Source: Octopus bimaculoides (taxonomy: Eukaryota). Taken from it: DNA of 43,235 nucleotides. Location of the stretch: contig NC_068997.1 of NCBI RefSeq assembly GCF_001194135.2, forward strand, positions 36,616-79,850, written 5' to 3'. The notes under the pieces were generated by a model. The model saw only the letters and a list, made by a program, of their open reading frames with translations. It was not told the DNA's origin and made no database searches. How positions within the stretch are numbered: position 1 is the first letter of the stretch; each line of letters starts with the position of its first letter. The translations under genes and the position numbers were made by a program. Below, one piece after another: positions 22,746-35,846 of this stretch.

Positions 22746-23814
22746 CATATCATCATCATCTATTAATCTCAGTTTTCCATACTAGCATGGGCTGGACAGT
22801 TTGACAGTAGTTGGATAAGAGTGAAATGTAGAGAGTACTCAATAGCTTAGGGCATGTACAGGAGGAGTACAGAAGAGAGAGAGGGGAGTAAGACATCAGA
22901 TGGGACAGAATGCATAAGAGGGTGGAAGGAGCAAAAGTATGATGGGAAAGGCAGAGGGATATTAGGGGATGGAGTTAATAGAAGAATGATTAGCAATAGT
23001 TAAGGGTGGATAGTGAGATAAAATCAAGAGCAGGTTACCCACATGAGTGAGAGTACATGTTACAGCTGGGTGAATCTAGAGTGTGTTACATAGGGCAGTT
23101 TCTTATATGTGAGTCCAGAGAAGGAAGGGATCAAAGTGAAGTGGATCAGGAGTTAGGGTGACAGATGCATTTGAAAAAAGGTCTCCCACAAGGCAATATG
23201 AAAAATACACCTTGACGAAAACTGGGGATAACCTGAAAATTAATGCACCAACACAGAATAGAAATAAAATTTACAATCAAACAACTGAAGAAAGTAAAAC
23301 TATACAAAAAAAAAGAGAAAACTGAGAAACATTGGCCTCAAACAAAAACTACAGATGAAGCAATAAAACACTCAACAAAGTAACTAGCACCATCAATATG
23401 GCTTGACTGAGGTTGACTTAGGGCTAAACAGCAGTACCAAATATACTGGTCAGCAGCTTACAAGTCAATTTGCCAAATCTATATAGTGTACAAAAACAAC
23501 ACTTTCAGATTTGCAATTTCCTGTATAGATAGCCACAAAGATCTGTTTTCTCACCTATGCCTTTCAACCCTAACCTCCACCACCTTGAGACACTACCTTA
23601 AAACAGTGCCCTTAAATGCGAACAACACTACACTCATATCTTCTACTTTTGAGACAAACTTTCACCATTACATCAATCCTACATCAGTTATTTAGAAACT
23701 TGGCTCCCAAAATGAGAGACTTAAAATAGCACTTACCAAATCCACTGTTTTCCTCTTTAGTGGCATCATCAGAGACCATCAAGTACAACCAATCATTATA
23801 CTCAAATTCATCAC

Positions 23815-23840
23815 CACACACACACACACACACACACACA
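23815..23840 (+). repeat. (CA)n microsatellite
   Basis: Direct inspection. Confidence 0.97.
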
Positions 23841-24637
23841 ATACTTCTACAGAAAAGATGACATAAAATGTACAGGCATACTAAGAACATTTACAGGTAA
23901 CCATATTGTGCAAAACGTAAAAATATAAGTGTGCAAACAATGTATTTCAACCATCAAAGGTTATGCCTGCTTTTGTTGGGCCTCTTTTCTCTCCATTAAA
24001 AGAATACTATAATAGAATAAAAAAACAGAAGACTGTCTCTTATCAAAAGCTGTACACTGAAACAAAAATACAAAACATGAAAGATTACATCCTAGACAAG
24101 TGAGGAGCAGTTTGCTACTACAGCAGACTCCAGTCCTCACAATCTTCACTAAACACCCTGACACATGAACAACACCACAGAACATGATTACAACAGTACA
24201 CTAAAAACACTATCTCATCCACTCAGCAGAGTTAAACAGAAAAATAATATACACAGAAACAGATGCAGCATGAATAACTTCATCAGCACCAAACACTATC
24301 TTTGAATGCAAACCATCAACAATAAATGTAGAGGAACAACAGCTGTCATGTTCTAACCAAGTCCACCTTGCCTGTCTCTGCTGTGGCTATCACTAGAATC
24401 TCCAGGCATACAGAAATGGACTATAAAGGGAAAGTACATATCCATACTGTCACACTGCACTTCAATTCATCATTGCATGTCAGATTGTGCACTATATTCA
24501 TCAGTTATACATAGGCCTGGAATATCTGAAACAATAGGGCTGTGGGTTTGACCTCGTCATTCAGCTGACTACCAAGAGATCACAGAAGTGTTTAATCGGG
24601 TAATCAAAACAGGTATGAGAGAGTGTAAATTATTTAC

Positions 24638-24836
24638 CTGGTTGATATGTGAATACTGAAATGATATTATACTGAGTTAAGTATTTCAAGAGTTTCACAA
24701 CATCAGAGATATTTGGCAAACCTGTCAACAGCTCTCTAATAAGGCACTGACAAGTTTCCTCTTGCCATGAAATGTCACCAACCATTGGAAATACTTGCGC
24801 CATGTGATTAATAGAGGACATCTTATCTTTAGATGG
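24638..24836 (-). CDS. SPG11: Spatacsin exon, PSKDKMSSINHMAQVFPMVGDISWQEETCQCLIRELLTGLPNISDVVKLLKYL...YQP
   Basis: Acceptor ttttttttttgtag, donor GTAAAT, phase 0 to 1. Resembles human IPAMWLEDQVCFLLKLMLQQC...ELGKLLQLF. Confidence 0.87.
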
Positions 24837-24973
24837 CTACAAAAAAAAAAGTATTTACATATAGTAAAGATGTCAGCACTTTGATGATGGAAAACAAATG
24901 AAAGATAAATAAAAGTGTAAATTTGCATTGTTATTAAAAGATTGGCAATACCTATAGAAGTTTATATTATCTG

Positions 24974-25154
24974 NNNNNNNNNNNNNNNNNNNNNNNNNNN
25001 NNNNNNNNNNNNNNNNNNNNNNNNNNNNNNNNNNNNNNNNNNNNNNNNNNNNNNNNNNNNNNNNNNNNNNNNNNNNNNNNNNNNNNNNNNNNNNNNNNNN
25101 NNNNNNNNNNNNNNNNNNNNNNNNNNNNNNNNNNNNNNNNNNNNNNNNNNNNNN
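24974..25154. other. Assembly gap (N)
   Basis: Run of N. Confidence 1.
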
Positions 25155-25233
25155 ATAAATATCCGTGGTTTCAAAAGAATGCTTCATTATTTGCAATCAA
25201 AAAAACTTGCAAAATTACTACAATAATTACTAA

Positions 25234-25461
25234 TATTGGGTTGGTGCATAATTACTGCAGCTTTTTTTACAACAAAAACAATAAACAACATGTAACAATA
25301 ACATCTTTAAATGATTCTTCTGGAGCATATTCACCATCTCCTTCAATTACTGCTTCCCATTTGCTTGGCAGATGGTCAGACTGTCATTTAAAGATGTTTT
25401 TGTTAAATATTGTTATTGTTTTCGTTGAAAAAAGCCACAGTAATTATGCACCAACCCAATA
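25234..25461. mobile_element. Mariner-type MITE, 228 bp
   Basis: About 34-bp TIRs tattgggttggtgcataattactg(ca/tg)gctttttt, with TA termini; TIR resembles Hsmar1/MADE1 ttaggttggtgcaaaagtaattgc (recalled). Non-coding interior. Confidence 0.85.
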
Positions 25462-25484
25462 ATATTTTCATGTGACAATATTGT

Positions 25485-25710
25485 TTCCTTGCTTGCTTCA
25501 TGCTCTTGCTTGATGGGGTTGGGGTCATCCCAGGTTAGTGGTCCCAGAGATGTCATCATATGTAGAGATGACCAGGTCCACCAGTGCTCTCCATTGCTGG
25601 GAGTCACATGCCAGCCCCTCTGCATTCCCCAAGGTGACTTTGAGTTGTCCATCTGGTGTGGGACCTGCCATCAGGCTTCTTCCAACCCCCAGCTGCTGCA
25701 CTGAATGAAA
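25485..25710 (-). mobile_element. 3' end of a second RTE-like LINE family with (CAAG)n-like tail
   Basis: Minus frames GGWKKPDGRSHTRWT and TLGNAEGLACDSQQWRALV (RTE C-terminus pattern); cttgcttgctt tail on the plus strand. Confidence 0.55.
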
Positions 25711-25860
25711 GTAAAGCCCTAGTAGGAGATAAAGGACAAGTATGCACCAGTGCATGCAATGAATAGCTATGAGATGAGAGGCTGCAGTCTGGTACCTGCA
25801 CAAGCACAATTCTTAGTTGGAAACATGATGGTACCATCTAATGTTCTGATGTGATAAGAT

Positions 25861-26500
25861 TCATCATCATCATTTAGTTTCTGCTTTCCATGCTGGCATG
25901 GGTTAGATGGTTTGACAGGAACTGGTAAGCCAGAGAGCTGCACCAAGTTCCAGACAGATTTGGCATAGTTTCTATGGCTGGATGCGCTTCCTAATGCCAA
26001 CCATTCCAAGAGTGTAATAGGTGCTTTTAATGTGCCACCAGCATGGGTGTCAGTTATATGATATGGGCATTGGCCACGCCTATGATTTTACTTGGCTTGA
26101 TGAGTCTTCTCAAATACAGCATATTACCAAAGGTCTCAGTCACTTGTCATCACCTCCACGAGGCCCAACATTCGAAGATCATGCTTCACAACCTTCTCTT
26201 CCTAGATGTACCTCTTTCACAGGTTCCCTCCACAATTAGAGATCGACACTACCTTACACAGCTTCCCTTGTCCATACGCATCACATGGCCATACCAGCAC
26301 AGTTGTCTATCCTGCACACCACATATGATGCCTCTTATGCCCAACTTTTCTCTCAAGATGCTCACACTCTGCCATGCATGCACACTGACATTGCACATCC
26401 AATGAAGCATGCTAACTTCCTTTCAAGCCTACCCATGTCCTCAGCAGTCACAGCCCATATTTCACTGCCGTGTAGCACAACTGTTTGCACACAGGCATTG
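25861..26500 (-). mobile_element. RTE LINE 3' fragment (ORF C-terminus, short 3' UTR, tail)
   Basis: Reverse complement of the 4750-5170 region (ACVQTVVLHGSEIWAVTAEDM...RGRPRGGDDK) plus terminal repeat and (ATC)n. Confidence 0.85.
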
Positions 26501-27054
26501 TTTTCTGTAATTCTTTTACTATGTTAATTTAATGAAACACCTCGCCAACAGAGTAGAAAACCAGAAGATGTTCAGATAAGCATACTTCTTTTTCAACCTA
26601 GTACATCTAAAACTTCTCTTTTCAGTACAGATCATAATTACCCTATTAGTTCATTTCATTATTCTATCTATTTCGTTATCTATGTAAACACAGTTTCGCC
26701 TTCCAATTCTCTCTCTTTCACGCTCATTCATTCATCTAATTTTGTCACAGTTTGGCTGACCAAAAGCTTTTGGTTATAGCTCTAGTTAAGAATTGCAAAT
26801 GCCCAATTCTATCTCATTATTATCATAATATTCTCGGATACCAGCAGCCTAAGTTTTTTTGATGTTTCGCAGTGCACCCACCCTTCCCATCCCTACTACC
26901 TGTACCGTAAATCCCTATCCTCTGACCTCTATAGGATGTCTCCCATGAACACTTCTAAAGGTTTAATGTTCCTACTTAGGGTTCATCTCCTATGTAATGT
27001 AGTGATCATGTAGCACATAAAAATGCTGGGGTAGTGTATGCAGGTTGAAGGCTA

Positions 27055-27668
27055 TTGTATGTATATGAGTTCTGCCAAATGCGGGTACATGATGCTGCTA
27101 TCCCATATCCCAGGGTCTCATGGGCCCACACCTCCCACACCTTCAGAGTTGGCATACTGAAAGATAAATCTGGTGAGATTGCTGAGATGTTTGAAAGGAG
27201 ACATGTAGATTTGTGCTGCATTCAAGAAGTAAGGTGGAGAGGAGGTTCTGCTAGGTTCTTCACAGGCAAAGAACATAAGTATAAGATTTTCTGGGCATGG
27301 AACACTGAAGGGTCGAGGGAATGGACATACTTCTTGCAGAGAAATGGGTTGATAAGGTAATCGAGGAAGTCAGAGTATGTGACAGAGTACTTAAGATTAG
27401 ATTAGTGCTGCAACATGGGTTAGCAACTATTATCTCTGTCTATGCCCCTCGGCCGGGGCTACCTGATTAACAGAAAGACCAATTTCATGACACCCTCTTG
27501 CAGACTACCTAGTCGACAAATGACAGAGACCTCTTTGTGGCTGTTGACATCAATGGACATGTTGGACAACATGCAGGGGGCTTCTATGGCGTACATGGAG
27601 GCTATGGTTTTGGTTCCTGCAGCGAGGAGGGAACCGGGCTGCTGGAATTCTGTAATGCAAATGACATT
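27055..27668 (+). mobile_element. RTE LINE AP-endonuclease fragment
   Basis: HTFRVGILKDKSGEIAEMFERRHVDLCCIQEVRWRGG, DINGHVGQ, YGFGSCSEEGTGLLEFC; frameshifted. Confidence 0.85.
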
Positions 27669-27809
27669 ACGGAAAGTGCAGGTAAAATCTATCTCAGTAG
27701 TTACAGGTGCATTGGTGGTAGTGTTGTTGGTGCTGAATATAAGATGGGCTGTGATAGCATTGATGGTGATAATAATGCTAAGAATCAATATGAAAGAAAA
27801 GGAACTTAC

Positions 27810-27920
27810 TTTATATAGAACAGAGTGTTTAAAACTTTCCAGATAAATCTGAGCTTCTGCATAATCATATTTCTCCAGACAACAGTGAAGGAATTTTAGG
27901 AAGAATGCCATAGGTGTGTC
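27810..27920 (-). CDS. SPG11: Spatacsin exon, DTPMAFFLKFLHCCLEKYDYAEAQIYLESFKHSVLYK
   Basis: Acceptor ttttctttttctacag, donor GTAAGT, phase 0 to 0. Matches human DSPLLLVMEMYELCMFFRNYKEAEAKLLEFQKSL. Confidence 0.9.
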
Positions 27921-28542
27921 CTGTAGAAAAAGAAAACAGGACAGATAATGTAGTTGATGAAGACCACATATCTTACAAAGGGAAACAAACTATAAATAAA
28001 AAAAATTATCAATTAATAACATTAAAAAAATTATGCCATTTTGTATGTGGAACCCCCCCCACAGTTACTTCACAGGCAACCCATCTAGAAGGATCATAAC
28101 TCTAATACAGAGTAGAGGAGATATTTTAGTCCTCCCACAGACCATCTCTCAAGTATTGAGGGCTCAATAAAATGTACTCAGTTCACTGTTAAGTGGTTTG
28201 TGGTACACTAGAAAATACACTTAAATATGAAAAAAAAAAGGTATCAGATTTAAATAAAATAATTCCTTCCTTGTAAAAATATATAAAATTTCAGAAAAAT
28301 TATTTAATAGCAATGTAACATATAAACATGCCAGCAGATTTTGCAAAGTGCCACTGATCAAATGATTCTGACCATGTTTCCAGCATGTTACTTGAATGCC
28401 ACTGACAAACTCCAAGCATTTTGTTTACATAATTTTGCTAGACTAGAAAAAAAAAAAGTCAACAGTTGTACAATCTAAGGCCCTAATCTAGTACATCACA
28501 ATATTGTTTGAAAATCAAGGCTAAGGAAAACTGTGTACTTAC

Positions 28543-28737
28543 TGTTTGGAAAATAGCAAATCCAACTGTTAGATTAGCTAACCATTTGTTTCTGATGAAT
28601 ATTTCAGTAAGTTCACGTAAATCTTTCAAGTTCCACTTGGTAACAGGCAAAACATGTTGCTTCAGGAAGTGTTGATGCTGAAGATCGTTCATAACAGCAA
28701 TCAACCAACCACACAAGCAACTGAGAATGTTAGCTTC
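28543..28737 (-). CDS. SPG11: Spatacsin exon, EANILSCLCGWLIAVMNDLQ...KWNLKDLRELTEIFIRNKWLANLTVGFAIFQT
   Basis: Acceptor tttcctctctgtag, donor GTAAGT, phase 0 to 0. Matches human AISCLCVWIITSV...HTWNLEDLSVIW...GFQLFF. Confidence 0.93.
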
Positions 28738-28909
28738 CTACAGAGAGGAAAATCATAAGAAACGGCAAAATTATGCTATGGTTAATGTAAGCTGAAGACT
28801 TATTCAATGATAAAAGTGGGTTTGCTGATTATATTTTATTAAGACTAAAACATGTCCACAGTTTTGACACTTTAAATAATATTACCCAATGTTTTTTTTT
28901 TGCCTCACT

Positions 28910-29156
28910 ATGGGTTGGACAGTTTGACCAGGGCTGGCAAGCTGAAAGGCTGCACTAGATTCCTGTCTGTCCTGGCATGGTTTCTACAACTGGATGTCCT
29001 TTCTAACAGAATGGTTGGCATTAGGAAAGGCATCCAGCTGTAGAAACCATGCCAAAACAGACTGGAGTCTGGTGCAGCCTTGCAGCTTGCCAGCCCCGGT
29101 CAAGCTGTCCAACCCATGCCAGCATGGACAACGGACGTTAAATGATGATGATGATG
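28910..29156. repeat. Head-to-head fold-back of two RTE 3' ends
   Basis: 28910-29006 is the reverse complement of 29021-29117 (about 12 differences in 97 nt, counted by eye); only the right arm has the (GAT)n tail. Confidence 0.85.
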
Positions 29157-30299
29157 TTGCTGCCTATGATATCTTCATTTTCACAAGTTTGTTGCTGTAC
29201 TTAATTTTTACACTTGAATGTAATACCACTCTCCATGTTAGAGCTTGGTATATTTTTGATATTAAATTTCTTGCATTATACCTGAGTGAATATTAGAGGT
29301 CTGTTTAATCAGGTCTGAAGTAGGGATATTTTACAATGTCAGAAGCAGTAAAAACATCATAATTTCTCATTTTCTCTTCCCTAAATATTTCCAGCTTCTT
29401 TCTTATTTGTAAGGACCAACTTCAGTGTGAATCACATTGTTAAAAATCACTGTCTTTGCAAATTAATGCCAGTGGAGACCACTGTAGTGCAGTGGATATT
29501 TGCTAGTATTATTTATAATGTAATGTTGACAGTTCATAAACTACAATGATATTCTAAATCCTACAATATTAACTTCGATGCCAGAAATAAAAATCCATTC
29601 AACTGGGAAAATAACTATATTTTGATGTAAAACAGCCAAGTCATTGTCTCAATGTAAAAGCCTAGAATATTAATGTGTTTGTGTAAAATGAAAGTACTCG
29701 ACTACTATATTTATTATAGATTTCTCAAAAATATCAGTAATTTTAGTGAAGTGAAACAGAAATTTGACCCACCAAAATAACAGATCACCAGATGTTATAC
29801 ACAACTTTTGAATTCAATGATAAAATTATACTGAGAGTGTAACTGTTTCTCTCTCTCTCCCCCACTCTTTGTGTATGTATATATATATTTCTTGTAATAA
29901 TTTTACAAAGAGACCAGAGTTTATAGTTTACTCAAAATTATTTTGTTTTTAAGTGCTCTACATTTCATAATTGACCCGACAATGAAGTTACTTGGTCTAT
30001 TTTTCCAATTCCTTCTATAAGATTGAAAAATAGGATATAAAAATTCAATAATTTCAAACAGAAACAGTAGATCTAATGTGTTCTATGTAGCCTAATTAGA
30101 AATCATTACTTAGGAATTTTGACGATCTTAACGTCAAAACTGCAGATTAAAACTTTAGCAACTTCATTATTTTTTCAGTACTATAATGTGATTTAGTGTG
30201 AGCTTATATTGTGGAAATGTTTTTAAATGCAATAGTAAGTCCTCTGCAGAATGTTTGTTCTTATGATGAATGGTACCAAATACCAAAAAAGATACTCAC

Positions 30300-30448
30300 T
30301 CTTTGACAAGCTGCTAGTTCTGTGAACAAGGGATTGCGTAACGCAATGCCATATGACAAAAGACTTTTCCAAACACTCCGACTTGCTTGGGCAGAAAAAA
30401 TTACTCTGAAAACATCTTCAGGAGCAGACATAGGGTTAAGATCAAATT
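30300..30448 (-). CDS. SPG11: Spatacsin exon, EFDLNPMSAPEDVFRVIFSAQASRSVWKSLLSYGIALRNPLFTELAACQR
   Basis: Acceptor ccattttcag, donor GTGAGT, phase 1 to 0. Matches human DLFEILLQC...WHWLLVEAVKQQAPILSVLASC. Confidence 0.9.
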
Positions 30449-30499
30449 CTGAAAATGGATTAAAACTATTAGCATTTTGTTTGAACAAAAGCATTTATT

Positions 30500-30860
30500 A
30501 TATGGTTACATGGTTAAGAAGTTTGCTTCCCAACCACATGGTTTCACATTCAGTCCCATCGTGTAGCAGTTACTATGCCTCTGGACCAACCAATGCCTTG
30601 TGAGTAGATTTGATAGGTCGAGACTGAAAGTCCATCATATAGGTGCGTGTGTGTGTATGTGTACAAGTCCTTGCTTGACATCACAAGATAGTTCTAAACA
30701 AGCATTACCATTATACAAATGTTGTCATTCATTAACCATCTTCCATGAAAATGTCAGGTCAAGGGAAAATATTTCCTTGCTTGACAATAAGTAAGGGATA
30801 GCAACAGAAACAGCATTTGACTGTAGAAAATCAACTTTAATGAGTTCCATCTGACCTGAG
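30500..30860 (+). mobile_element. SINE family B, head to tail
   Basis: tRNA-like head, ccttgtgagtagattt, internal (TG)n, ttccatgaaaatgtc, decayed RTE-like tail. Confidence 0.65.
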
Positions 30861-32087
30861 TAAACTATACTTGCATATTTTTACAGATTAGATACATGTA
30901 AAATGTCCAGTATGTTGGTCAAACTTAGTTTATTTGATATTTAACTTTATGTTGGTCAAATTATCATCAGAATCTAATAATGTGTCTCAGATCCATATTA
31001 ATAAAGAGTAATAAAATACTAACGAAGAATTTTGCAATCAAAATAGCAGATGTTCCTAAAACACACATTTCCGTCTATATCTGACCCTCAGCAGAGTTGA
31101 AGAACAAGTGTGACCTGCAGTGTTATTACTTTCCCCACAGGGAAATTCAGCTGTGATATGGAATAAGTGAGGCAGACTGAATCAGTTGAAATCATATATT
31201 CTGCACACATTATGGCTCAGGTAAAATATCTCAAGAGAACACGCTGCAAACTAAAAGTACAACTATGATAGGGTTTCACATATATAGTAAGTTGAAAAGC
31301 CTTGGTTAACTGAGATTATCTACGCATTTAATTGACAAATATCACTTTATGGCTGTTTATTTCCTTTGCTGCTAGCGTGCCTAAGACCAGCCCTGGTTCT
31401 ACTATGCAGACTTCAGATAACTGGAAACAAGCAACATTATACAAATGTTGCCCTTTTATTTACAAAGTTCATATACAATATATCAAGACAAGTCAAGAAA
31501 CCTGGATATGTTTTCACAGTGAACTGCAAGAATATATGACACCATTAATGAAACTATTGTTTACAATCAGGGAAGACAAAGGAAATCTGAACTCACTCAC
31601 ACAAATAAATACATACAAATATCAGTTAGTTTCCATTTCTCGATTGATTCACAAGATTTTGGCTAGCCAAGAGCTACAGTAGAAGACACACAAGACAGAA
31701 CTGAACCCAAGGCCATGTGGTTGGAAAGCAAACTTGTTAACCACACACCATTGCTTGAGCCTATAATTCCAATAAAATCAATTTAATGAAATTTCAGAAA
31801 ATATAGAAATTCATTAATGCAAGCAGGGCTGTGTGGTTAAGAAATTCACTTTGGAACCATAAGGGTTACATGTTTGATCTCCTGCATGCCATCATGAGCA
31901 AAAGTCTTGATCAATCCCTTGTGTTCCCTCTATTCGGCATAGGTCTATGGCTGCACATTCCTTATATTGATACTATGCACATCAAAATCTTTTTACTCAT
32001 TACAAATTACAACCGTTTTTATTACCATTTGTGTTTCTTCCCAAAATTGAGGATTTCCCCCCAAATAATGATGTCATTGTACATGAG

Positions 32088-34385
32088 TCATCATCATTAT
32101 CATCGCTTAATGTTCACCTCTCATGCTGGCATGGGTGGGATGGTTTGACTGGAGCCAGCCAGGCAGAAGCCTGCACCAGACTTCTGTGACTGTTTTGGCA
32201 GGATTTTTACAGCTGGATGTCCTTCCTGACACCAACCATTCAGCAGAGTGGACTTAGTGCTTTTTATATGGCACAAGCACAGGCAAGGTCAGTTTTGGCA
32301 AGGCTTTTACAGGTGGATGTCCTTCCTAACATCAGCCATTCAGCAGAGTGGACTTGGTGCTTTTTATATGGCACAAGCACAGGCAAGGTCAGTTTTGGCA
32401 AGGCTTTTACAGCTGGATGTCCTTTCAAATGCCAACCATTTTACAGTGTGGACTGGGTGCTTTTAAGTAGCACCTGCACTGACAGGGTGACCAAGTACTT
32501 GCAAGACAAAAAAAAAAAAANNNNNNNNNNCCTGCACTGACAGGGTGACCAAGTACTTGCAAGACAAAAAAAAAAAAATCTCTTTTGAGAGGGGAGGGAG
32601 CTTAGGAGGAGGTGCTCTTGTGTCAGATGATGAAAAGTTATAGTGAGACAGAGACAAAAACAGGTGTCTTGTTATAGAGGACGTACAAGGTTACCCAGCT
32701 GGTGGGGGAAGAGATCTGAAATGAAGACAGAAACAGGTGTACTGCTGCAAAAGAAATACTTGGTTACCCAACCTGAGGGAAATGCGGGAGAAGGAGCGAG
32801 AGAGTGAGGAAACAGCAGGATAGATGATAGTGGCAAAGTGCCGGGCATACTCGAAAAGGACAGGGATCAGAATATAAATGGGATGTTTGAGTAAAGGAAG
32901 AGAGAGAGAGATAGGGATGGTGGCAAGTGCCAGGGTTCGAACCCTTGAGGTTCAAATGTCATAGCACAAGTGGCAGGATATAGCGAGGAAGCGTGATATG
33001 AGAGTGGGGAGTGGTGAAAACCTGGGTATATATAGAGTCGGTTGGGCTACCAAATAGTAATGATAGAGAGGAACAAGGCCATGAGGACAGGATTGGGGAG
33101 TGAGAGCTAGGCATTGTGTATGAAGGAGGAAATATGAAGAAGAGATGTGGAGATGTAGATTGTTTTGTTGAGGTAGGGTGAGTGAAAAGTATGCTTATTA
33201 CATATGGGTGGAACACGCAGGTCGGGGGCTAGCAAATGCCAATGATACAGTGAGACAGAGCCAAGAGAACAGGATTGGGGAGTGGGAGGTAAGCACAATG
33301 TATGAAGTGGTAATGCAAGGAAGAAAAGAGATGTAGAGAGATGTAGTTTGGTTTGTTGTGGTAGATGTGTGAGAGGTTTTCTTCTTAAGTGTGGGTGGGG
33401 CACACAACACTTCTAGAACTCAGTTTCACTGATGTGGATGGGTCTTCTCAAGAACCTCATGTCACCAGAATCTCAGTCCATTGTCATTTCCTCCATGAGG
33501 CCCAACATCCTGAGATCAGTCCTTACCACTTCATCCCATGTCTTCCTGGGTCACCCTCTTCCATGGGTACCATCCACTTTCAATGATCAGCACTTCTTTA
33601 TGCAGCTGTCCTCATTCATACGCATCACATGTCCAAACCAACGTAGACTTCTCTCTTGCATGCTACATTTGATTCCTCTTATGCCAAATTTTCTCTCAAT
33701 ACATTTGCACTTTGTCATACATGCACACTGATGTTGCACATCCAACAGAGCATGCTACCTTCATTTCTCTCCAGTCTATGCATGTCTTCTGCATTTAGAG
33801 CCCATGTCTCACTACCATGGAGTATAGCCGTTTGCACACAAGCATCGTATAGTCTTCCTTTCACTCTGAGAGAGAGAGTCCTTTTGTTGCCAACAGAGGT
33901 AATGGCTCTCTGAACTTCCTCCACCAAATTCTTATTCTAAAACCAATACTTTCAGAACATCCTCCACCATTGCTCATTTGGTCACCTAGGTAACAGAAAC
34001 TATCTACAACCCCAAGAGAGCCTCCTGGGCATTTAATAGAATCTAAGTCCCGTGTGCTCTTAGTGCTTATTGTTCTTGCACATCTGCCATATACGACTAC
34101 TTCATCTATTAATCTACCTGTGATTCCACTGCACCTCTTCTGTGTCCCTAGTTTACACTGGGTGCAGTGAATGGAATTTCTTCCAACTCTTTTCCTACAT
34201 ATTGAGCAGGGCCATTTACCTGATCAAAAAAGAGTTTTATCTTTCTTATTAACAAAACCTTTGGTCTTTCTTCTCTGATTCTGCCAAAGACTTTGCAATA
34301 AGAGCAAGGTCATCAGCATATAACAGTTCCTAAACAGCTATTTCTAAGAAACCATCAAAATGGCAAAGTTAGACAGTAATAATGA
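32088..34385 (-). mobile_element. RTE LINE 3' half: RT end (ELLYADDLALIAKSL), PHD-type finger, C-terminus, long CT-rich 3' UTR, tail
   Basis: Minus frames: YADD motif about 34300-34330; KWPCSICRKRVGRNSIHCTQC about 34085-34220; GRLYDACVQTAILHGSETWALNAEDM; tail catcatcattatcatc at 32088. Decayed and interrupted by an N gap. Confidence 0.8.
32521..32530. other. Assembly gap (10 N) with a 48-nt duplication on both sides
   Basis: 32473-32520 repeats at 32531-32578. Confidence 0.95.
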
Positions 34386-35846
34386 CTAATTGTTTTTAAA
34401 ACTGTTTTCACATCTGGATAACATTCTGTTATAATCATAAAGAAAATGTCCAAAGAAACAGGGGAATCCAAGAATCAGAAAACTTGCTACAATTTTAAGC
34501 AAGATTGGCTTTTCCATCTCGAAGAAACTGGAATGTATCATTGTGTGAAAAACAGAAGTGAATGATAGGAAACGTTTGCAAAGTATTAGGATATTGGTAA
34601 CATTACCTGCACCAATTGCATCAAAGTAAAAATTCAAAGCAAATTTACAGCTGGGGAATAGCAAGAATGATTGTTGGATTATTAAAACCAACATCTCAAA
34701 TGACAGTCATTTGGATGCTAGCATAAAATTTCAAAACCTGATAGAAGCTATTATTTTCATAATGCTAGCAAAAACTCCAGTTCAGTAAGAAACACAAAGA
34801 AATCTAGTACTAATACCATTGTTTTTATTGATAATAATTACTCTACCAGTTATTAAACTTCAATGAATTCTCCTCAAGAAATTAATTCACCAATCACCAA
34901 ATATGTAAATATTTCTGAAAGTTGGCATTTGTTCAATGTAACAGTGTTATTATGTGTGGAAAGTAATGGGTATGTTGAGGAACATTGCTTTCCACACATC
35001 ATAATAATAATAAAAGTAATGAAATTATTGTGTACAGTGCTCAAGTGCAGTACAACTCATCAAAGGTGCATGTACAGTACATAGAATTATGTACAAAAGT
35101 CAGGAAAGTTAACAGTGTAAGAGAATCATGATATGAAAGGGGGATATCAGGTGTTAATGAAAATACAGATATTAACCTCTAGAAATGTGAATATGTCAAG
35201 TACAGACTAAAATGAAATTTTTTATAAAACAGTACTAGTCGGTATTTTGATATTAACAGCAATGGTAGAAGTAACATTCATTGTATTACGCCTGAGTTTC
35301 TTTTGTTTGTTTGTTTTTTTTTAACACTTGCATAGATTTGATGAATACTTATTTCAGACAATATTTTATGGCCTGATACTCATCTTGCTGCCAATTCATT
35401 CCTGCTTTCCAAGTAAGGGAATATTTTATTTCACTACTTCAACAACACAAAGCTACAAGACATAGCTTGTAACTCTATGCTGTTCATCAGGAGTGTAAAA
35501 ATAACATTATTGCATTGCTTGGTCAGTTTATTGCATTACTATTACACAAATGTGAGCAGTACTCCAATGAGATCATAGTTAGAGGGAGGGAACTGATGAA
35601 GGCTGAAATACTTTCTAAATCTGAAGAGGAATCCTAACTTTTATGATGAAGCTTTGGATATTTTATATAAACTGGGTTACCATGGGACCATCATACATTG
35701 TAAAGTATAGCATTTGTATGTTTTCAAGGTCTCTGTTCAAAGCGTATTAGCTTGGCCCCCAACAAATCAAGAACAAATTAACACCAAATGACTAGATAAA
35801 GATATCTCAAAAATCTATAAAATAGAAATGACCAAAATATTCTTAC

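Noticed and set aside
31141-31220. Plus-strand acceptor (ttattactttccccacag) with two possible donors.
   Set aside because: Stops in all frames for the long form and no other support; expected by chance.
32473-32578. 48-nt direct repeat around a 10-N gap.
   Set aside because: Typical unmerged contig overlap; assembly artefact.
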